Shown piece after piece: positions 59,241-64,000 of a DNA stretch of 64,000 nucleotides. The notes beneath the pieces were generated by a model that ran no database searches, was not told the origin of the DNA, and was given only the letters and a program-made list of their open reading frames with translations. The translations under genes were made by a program, and so were the position numbers. Source of the DNA: a virus (lineage: Duplodnaviria > Caudoviricetes); IMG/VR virus record IMGVR_UViG_3300008259_002957; one strand, 5' to 3'. The first letter of the stretch is position 1. The number at the start of each line of letters is the position of its first letter.

Positions 59241-60680
59241 ATACAGCGGAATAAATTTTGTTATTCCGTTGACATTTACTTCCAACCAACTGTCTGGGTT
59301 TGATGTATTAGCAGGAGATTTAGAAGTTTCTCCTACAACAGTAACATCTTTAATTACACTTTTTAAATGCCCATCTGAATTTATAGACAATGCTTCGGTT
59401 AATTCGCCTGCATTGTTAGAAACTTTTATTGAAAAATGACCCGGTACCTTTCCTGACGAAACAATTGCATTGCTAGAAACAGACGTTTCGATTAAAGCAA
59501 CTGGTACACACGAAATACTATAATTAGTGCCACTTTGAGCACCAAATATAATACTTTGTATTCCGTCTCCGGGTTGTACAGGCTCTGGGTTAGAAATAGA
59601 TCCTCTAGTTTTAATAAGAGCAAGAGTTCCTGGGAGATTACTGTCTTTTGACACACAAATAGTCAACGGGCCGTAATCGTCGTTGATGTCTTTGTCTGAA
59701 ACAAATAATGCAGTACCGCTACTTCCAACATCTTTATCACCTACTTGAAAGTTATTAAATCTTTGAATATCCGATACAACGTTTCCGAAAAAATTTCCAT
59801 AAAACGTATTAGTTTGATAATCGTAACTAATTCCGTTGGTTTCGGATAACAAGTTTGCTTTAATAATCTGTATATCAGTATCTAAAATAACTTCACCGAG
59901 ATTGTTATAAACATTTCCTGCAAACGTTCCTACAAACTCGCCGACGATAGAATCAGTTACTACAATATCTTCAGCATTGATTTTTTTAACAACTAGTTCG
60001 TTTAACTCTGCAGAGTTAGTAAAAGAATCGTACATAAGATTCCCATTTGCATTATAAACATTGCCTTTGACATTTCCGTAGATGAGGTTATTTACTTCGA
60101 GATCATCTAACCGTAAACTGTTGCTATTTGAATCATAAACAGTATCGCCTGCGTGATCAACAATATTGCCTAAAAAATTACCAATGAATATTTTGTTTTC
60201 CGAATCAAGTACCATGGTTCCGTTTTCGTCAGCAACATTTCCAAAAAATATTCTTTGATTTTTATCAACAATTATATTTCCAAATTCGTCAACTACGTTT
60301 CCAACAACATTACCATGGAATAATTTTTCATTCTTGTCGACAACCAAATTTCCAATATCATCAACAATATTTCCAAGAACATTACCGTAGAATATTTGTT
60401 GTGAGTTGTCGATGACTATATTTCCTGAGTCGTCAAGAACATTACCGGTAACATTACCGTAGAATGTTTTTTCTGAAATATTAAGAACTACATTTCCTAA
60501 GTCGTCGATTACATTTCCAACAAAATTTCCGTGGAAAGTTTTGTTTTCGTAGTCAACTATGATGTAATCGTCAACATCGACTATGTTGGCTTTGATAATA
60601 CCTCTAAAGCTATCTACTATAAGAGTACTGTCCATACCTTCAATATTAATTCTATATGACGCACCATCGTAAAGTTCCAT
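59235..60680 (-). CDS. Repeat-rich fibre-like protein
   Basis: About 24-aa GN-rich repeats (KTFYGNVTGNVLDDSGNIVIDNSQ); GGAGAG SD and a TAAATA element upstream. Confidence 0.6.
   Translation of the reverse strand: MELYDGASYRINIEGMDSTLIVDSFRGIIKANIVDVDDYIIVDYENKTFHGNFVGNVIDDLGNVVLNISEKTFYGNVTGNVLDDSGNIVIDNSQQIFYGNVLGNIVDDIGNLVVDKNEKLFHGNVVGNVVDEFGNIIVDKNQRIFFGNVADENGTMVLDSENKIFIGNFLGNIVDHAGDTVYDSNSNSLRLDDLEVNNLIYGNVKGNVYNANGNLMYDSFTNSAELNELVVKKINAEDIVVTDSIVGEFVGTFAGNVYNNLGEVILDTDIQIIKANLLSETNGISYDYQTNTFYGNFFGNVVSDIQRFNNFQVGDKDVGSSGTALFVSDKDINDDYGPLTICVSKDSNLPGTLALIKTRGSISNPEPVQPGDGIQSIIFGAQSGTNYSISCVPVALIETSVSSNAIVSSGKVPGHFSIKVSNNAGELTEALSINSDGHLKSVIKDVTVVGETSKSPANTSNPDSWLEVNVNGITKFIPLYS
60125..60545 (-). 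repeat. Six tandem coding repeats of about 72 nt (24 aa; one shortened), boundaries approximate
   Basis: Consensus K.F.GN(V/F).GN(V/I).D..GN.V.D; further degenerate copies continue toward the C-terminus. Confidence 0.75.
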
Positions 60681-60699
60681 GTTTCTCTCCTAGACACTT

Positions 60700-60705
60700 T
60701 ATTTA
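60700..60705 (-). promoter_or_regulatory. Late promoter-like TAAATA for the fibre-like gene
   Basis: TATTTA on + strand; SD at 60690-60685; ATG 60680. Confidence 0.5.
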
Positions 60706-60713
60706 TTTGATAT

Positions 60714-60742
60714 TTGACATCAATAGTTTTTTATGTTACTAT
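60714..60742 (+). promoter_or_regulatory. Sigma70-type promoter with extended -10
   Basis: TTGACA (60714-60719), 17-nt spacer, TACTAT (60737-60742) with TG at 60734-60735; ATG 60750 lies 7 nt downstream with no SD. Confidence 0.75.
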
Positions 60743-60749
60743 ATACAAT

Positions 60750-62393
60750 ATGTTTGATATATTCTATGTACAGTCTTCTGATAATCTTTCGAATTGGAAA
60801 AAACTAAAATCTAGATTTCCTATAGCCAAGCGTGTAACAAGTTTTGCAGATGCTAAAGAATTAGCATTAACAAAATTTTTTTGGATAGTGTGGGATGACT
60901 TAGTTATTTCGGAACAATTTAATTTTGACTACATTCCAGATCAGTGGAGCGAAAATTATGTCCATGTATTTAAAAATGCCGAACATCGTGATGGAATAAT
61001 TCTAGTCTCAAAGAATGTTAGTATTACCAACAACGAAATTAAACATAGATTTTTTATCAAGAAAAAAGAAATAGATTTACAAGCGTCTAGTCCTAAAAAC
61101 TTTGACTATTATGAAGTTGAAACATACAGTGATTACTTAACTGCATTAGAAAAATCCACTACAGAACTGTTTTGGGTCAGTTCTCCTAACATACTAGTAG
61201 ACAACAACTTAATCCACAATTTTTATATATCGCATCACGAACAAATCGATCGCAAACAAAATCATGCGTTTGTACATTTAGTTGATGATGTAAAATACTA
61301 TAATGGGTTATTTTTGTGCAGCAAATATGCCCCACTTACGCAAAAAGAAGTTGACTATAGACATGTAGTTAATAGAAAAGAATGGGATATTGTAGGAAGT
61401 GGTCCTATAAAGTACGATATTTTTAATGTTAAAAATTATGATGATTATCTAACAGCATTAAATACTTCGCATACTGAAATGTTTTGGATCGTACCAGACT
61501 ATGTAAATCCAACAGAAAGATTCAAGTACGATACGTATTTTACACACGATCAAGAATTCGAACGCAAGATAAATCATACATTTTTAAACGGAAAATATCA
61601 TGACGGTATTTTACTGTGCAGTAAATATGCAAAATTTAGCAAACGAGAGTTTGATTATAAGTTTATTGCAAATAAAAAAGAAATCAACATTATTATATCA
61701 ACACCTAAGCCTTATGATATTGTGTTTATCAGTTATCAAGAACCTAGTGCTGATGAATACTACCGGTATCTAGCGAATAGATTTCCACATGCAAAACGAG
61801 TTCACGGTGTAAAAGGAATTCATCAAGCACATATCGAGGCAGCAAAACTATGCGATACTGATATGTTTTGGATTGTGGACGGAGATGCTTTGATTGACTC
61901 GAATTTTAAATTCGACTATCAAGTTGCAAGATGGGACCGCGACACAGTGCATGTATGGAGGTCGGTTAACCCTATCAATGACCTAGTATACGGATACGGT
62001 GGTGTAAAACTGTTTCCAACAGAATTGACTTTAAATATGGATACAAGCAAGCCCGACATGACAACCAGTATTAGCAGTAAGTTTAAAGCAGTACAGGAAA
62101 TATCAAATGTTACCGGTTTTAATACAGATTCATTTAATACTTGGAAAAGTGCATTTAGAGAATGTGTTAAACTAAGTAGTAGAGTTATTGATCGTCAAAA
62201 GGACGACGAAACACAGACTAGATTACAGACGTGGTGTACAAAAGGTGCAGATCGTCCATTTGGCAAATATGCAATTGATGGTGCTAAGTTGGGTGCAGTA
62301 TTTGGTGCAAGAAATAAAGGCAATCTCGAAATGTTAAAAAATATCAACGATTTTGATTGGTTAAAGGAACAGTTTGATGCTAGAAATATATGA
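60750..62393 (+). CDS. Multi-repeat GT-A-like glycosyltransferase
   Basis: Four related units (YD...T..FW(I/V)V...H.F...GI.L.SK); only the last has a DxD (IVDGD) and matches 15790..16719. Confidence 0.6.
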   Translation: MFDIFYVQSSDNLSNWKKLKSRFPIAKRVTSFADAKELALTKFFWIVWDDLVISEQFNFDYIPDQWSENYVHVFKNAEHRDGIILVSKNVSITNNEIKHRFFIKKKEIDLQASSPKNFDYYEVETYSDYLTALEKSTTELFWVSSPNILVDNNLIHNFYISHHEQIDRKQNHAFVHLVDDVKYYNGLFLCSKYAPLTQKEVDYRHVVNRKEWDIVGSGPIKYDIFNVKNYDDYLTALNTSHTEMFWIVPDYVNPTERFKYDTYFTHDQEFERKINHTFLNGKYHDGILLCSKYAKFSKREFDYKFIANKKEINIIISTPKPYDIVFISYQEPSADEYYRYLANRFPHAKRVHGVKGIHQAHIEAAKLCDTDMFWIVDGDALIDSNFKFDYQVARWDRDTVHVWRSVNPINDLVYGYGGVKLFPTELTLNMDTSKPDMTTSISSKFKAVQEISNVTGFNTDSFNTWKSAFRECVKLSSRVIDRQKDDETQTRLQTWCTKGADRPFGKYAIDGAKLGAVFGARNKGNLEMLKNINDFDWLKEQFDARNI

Positions 62394-63294
62394 ATTACTA
62401 GATAGATTTGAATTACTGTATCCATATAATACAAAACTATCTGACTTACGTAGATCTTATATCGATCGTGATTTAACCAGTATTTTTAGATTATTGCCTA
62501 ATACAGTATCTGGTGATATCGACGATTTACGAAAAGCAGTGTTAGAAAAAAATCTACACAGTATCTTTAGACTTGTTGATGACGAAGATTTACGTAAATT
62601 AGTTATCGAAGACAATGTATGGAAACTATGGCCTATTCTTGAAAGATATGTTGATACACAGTTTGTTGCTGCATTTAAAAACTTTTTTGTTAACAATATA
62701 AAAATTGACCCCGATTGTTTTAGTAGAGGACAACTTCAAAGTAAATTATGGTTAGTTGAACAACTAAAAAAGTGTGACGTAGATTTAGGCACAGTATTTT
62801 TATGTGCAGGTTGGTATGGAACACTAGCAGTGATGCTATTTGAAAGCGGTATAAAAGTTGAAAAAATTCGTAGTTTTGACATAGATACTACAACTGTTGA
62901 TATAGCAGAAACATTTAACAAGCCGTGGTTCACAGATCAATGGTGTTATAAAGCCTTAATAAATAATATTCACGATATTGATTACAAAGAGCATACATGG
63001 CAATATTGGAGTAACACTAATAATAGAATGAGTTATCCTATAACTGATACGCCAAATACTATCATTAATACTAGTTGTGAACATATAGAAAATTATGCAG
63101 AATGGTATAATAAAATACCTCTAGGAAAACTAGTTGTGTTACAAGGAAATAATTATTTTGAAATCTTAGAACACGTTAATTGTTCAAGTAATCTCCAAGA
63201 ATTTAGTAATAAATCTCCTATGACAAAAACACTCTACGAAGGCGAATTAGAATTGCCTAAATATAAAAGGTTTATGAAAATTGGATTTAGATAA
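62377..63294 (+). CDS. Class I methyltransferase-fold protein with N-terminal extension (paralog of 31053..31658)
   Basis: FSRGQLQSKLWL; FLCAGWYG; SFDID; INTSCEH. Confidence 0.6.
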   Translation: MLEIYELLDRFELLYPYNTKLSDLRRSYIDRDLTSIFRLLPNTVSGDIDDLRKAVLEKNLHSIFRLVDDEDLRKLVIEDNVWKLWPILERYVDTQFVAAFKNFFVNNIKIDPDCFSRGQLQSKLWLVEQLKKCDVDLGTVFLCAGWYGTLAVMLFESGIKVEKIRSFDIDTTTVDIAETFNKPWFTDQWCYKALINNIHDIDYKEHTWQYWSNTNNRMSYPITDTPNTIINTSCEHIENYAEWYNKIPLGKLVVLQGNNYFEILEHVNCSSNLQEFSNKSPMTKTLYEGELELPKYKRFMKIGFR

Positions 63295-63505
63295 GTTAAG
63301 TTTACGAGAACTGCAAACAGAGTGTGCAAGAGCACTAAGTACAATGCAAGCAACAAATAACAATATAACTCAATTTAATAAAGTAGCACATCACGATAGT
63401 CAACGTTGGTATCGAGCAGTTATAACTTGGTATGTCGAACAATATGGCGATTTACCTAGTAAAACAGGACCTGGGAAGGACGTAACGTTAATACACGATG
63501 TATGA
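63281..63505 (+). CDS. Small hypothetical protein
   Basis: 74-aa ORF (TTG start, AAAGG upstream) coupled to both neighbours. Confidence 0.6.
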   Translation: MDLDKLSLRELQTECARALSTMQATNNNITQFNKVAHHDSQRWYRAVITWYVEQYGDLPSKTGPGKDVTLIHDV

Positions 63506-64000
63506 ATATAAAGATATAAGAACAATACACTTAGAAGTCACACAGAATTGTCAAGCAAGTTGTCCTATGTGCGATCGTAATCAAAACGGTGGCGCATTAA
63601 ATCCTCACATTAATTTAGATGAACTTACAATTGGTGATGTCAAACGTATATTTACACCCGAGTTTATTGCACAGTTAAATACTATGTATATGTGCGGCAA
63701 TCTAGGAGATCCTATTGTTGCTCGAGATACTTTAGAAATCTTTACATATTTTAGAGAACACAATCCTAATATGTGGTTGAGCATGAATACCAATGCTGGT
63801 GCAAAAACTCCTGCATGGTGGCATGCACTTGCTAAAACTCTAGGAACAAATGGTGCAGTTATATTCAGTGTTGACGGATTAAAAGATACAAATCATATAT
63901 ATCGTCAGGGAGTAAACTGGGACAATGTTTATCGTAGTATGAAAGCATTTATCGCTGCCGGCGGCAGAGCTCGTTGGGACTTCCTTATATTTGAGCACAA
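63498..64000 (+). CDS. Radical SAM protein (type C), 3'-truncated by the window edge; not in the ORF track
   Basis: MYEYKDIRTIHLEVTQNCQASCPMCDR...CGNLGDP...SVDGL; frame still open at 64000. Confidence 0.9.
   Translation, partial: MYEYKDIRTIHLEVTQNCQASCPMCDRNQNGGALNPHINLDELTIGDVKRIFTPEFIAQLNTMYMCGNLGDPIVARDTLEIFTYFREHNPNMWLSMNTNAGAKTPAWWHALAKTLGTNGAVIFSVDGLKDTNHIYRQGVNWDNVYRSMKAFIAAGGRARWDFLIFEH

Noticed and set aside
1943-63793. Short ORFs in the track nested in or antisense to long genes (e.g. 6426..6959, 10333..10827, 19239..19694, 45252..45656)
   Set aside because: They are fully overlapped by motif-bearing genes, have no start signals and show shadow-ORF composition.
1-64000. Stop-codon reassignment, as found in some jumbo phages
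   Set aside because: Standard-code ORFs tile the window almost completely and conserved domains are not interrupted by TAG or TGA; TAA, TGA and TAG all appear as genuine stops.
1-64000. CRISPR array, tRNA/rRNA genes, integrase or transposase, intron, intein, diversity-generating retroelement
   Set aside because: Intergenic gaps are all under about 90 nt, no spaced identical repeats were seen, and I found no RT, homing-endonuclease, Hint or recombinase motifs in the translations.
13199-64000. Island as a DNA hypermodification cluster
   Set aside because: Not excluded but not favoured: no DpdA, dNMP hydroxymethylase/thymidylate synthase, TET/JBP or aGPT-Pplase-like gene is recognisable here, many units have late-type promoters, and the island adjoins tail genes. 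Nucleoside LC-MS would settle it.
16719-64000. Radical SAM/SPASM genes as RiPP maturases
   Set aside because: I saw no PqqD/RRE domain, peptidase or exporter, and the small ORFs (46083, 63281, 27836) do not look like leader-core precursors.

Overview
This AT-rich window is gene-dense and comes from a large tailed (myovirus/T4-like, probably jumbo) phage genome. The host cannot be read from the sequence. Bases 1-13141 are a late virion-structural block: the 3' part of a >1700-aa baseplate/tail protein, three tail-fibre-like proteins sharing one N-terminal module, and two paralogous Thr/Ser-rich proteins, with T4-type TA(T)AAATA late-promoter motifs. From 13148 to the window end (about 51 kb, still open at 64000) lies a continuous enzyme island. 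It holds 16 radical SAM genes in several subfamilies (one B12-binding), 8 Fe(II)/2OG oxygenase-fold genes, about 9 glycosyltransferase-like genes, 3 SGNH-like genes, 2 amidinotransferases, 2 PLP enzymes, an NDP-sugar epimerase/dehydratase, 2 short SDRs, 2 methyltransferase-fold genes, 2 kinase-fold genes with degenerate catalytic loops and a QueC-like PP-loop enzyme. My best inference is a phage-encoded pathway that builds and attaches heavily tailored amino/guanidino glycans to virion proteins or to a host surface; this is untested. At the DNA level, all 8 divergent gene junctions carry TAAATA-type elements, and 9 genes have the element 4-5 nt before ATG (predicted leaderless late mRNAs). All 8 convergent junctions overlap, there is a mirror-symmetric radical SAM array, and a 14-codon duplicate of the epimerase gene start acts as a leader ORF. 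I found no tRNA, rRNA, CRISPR array, integrase, intein or genetic-code reassignment. All product calls come from motifs read by eye; no database searches were run.
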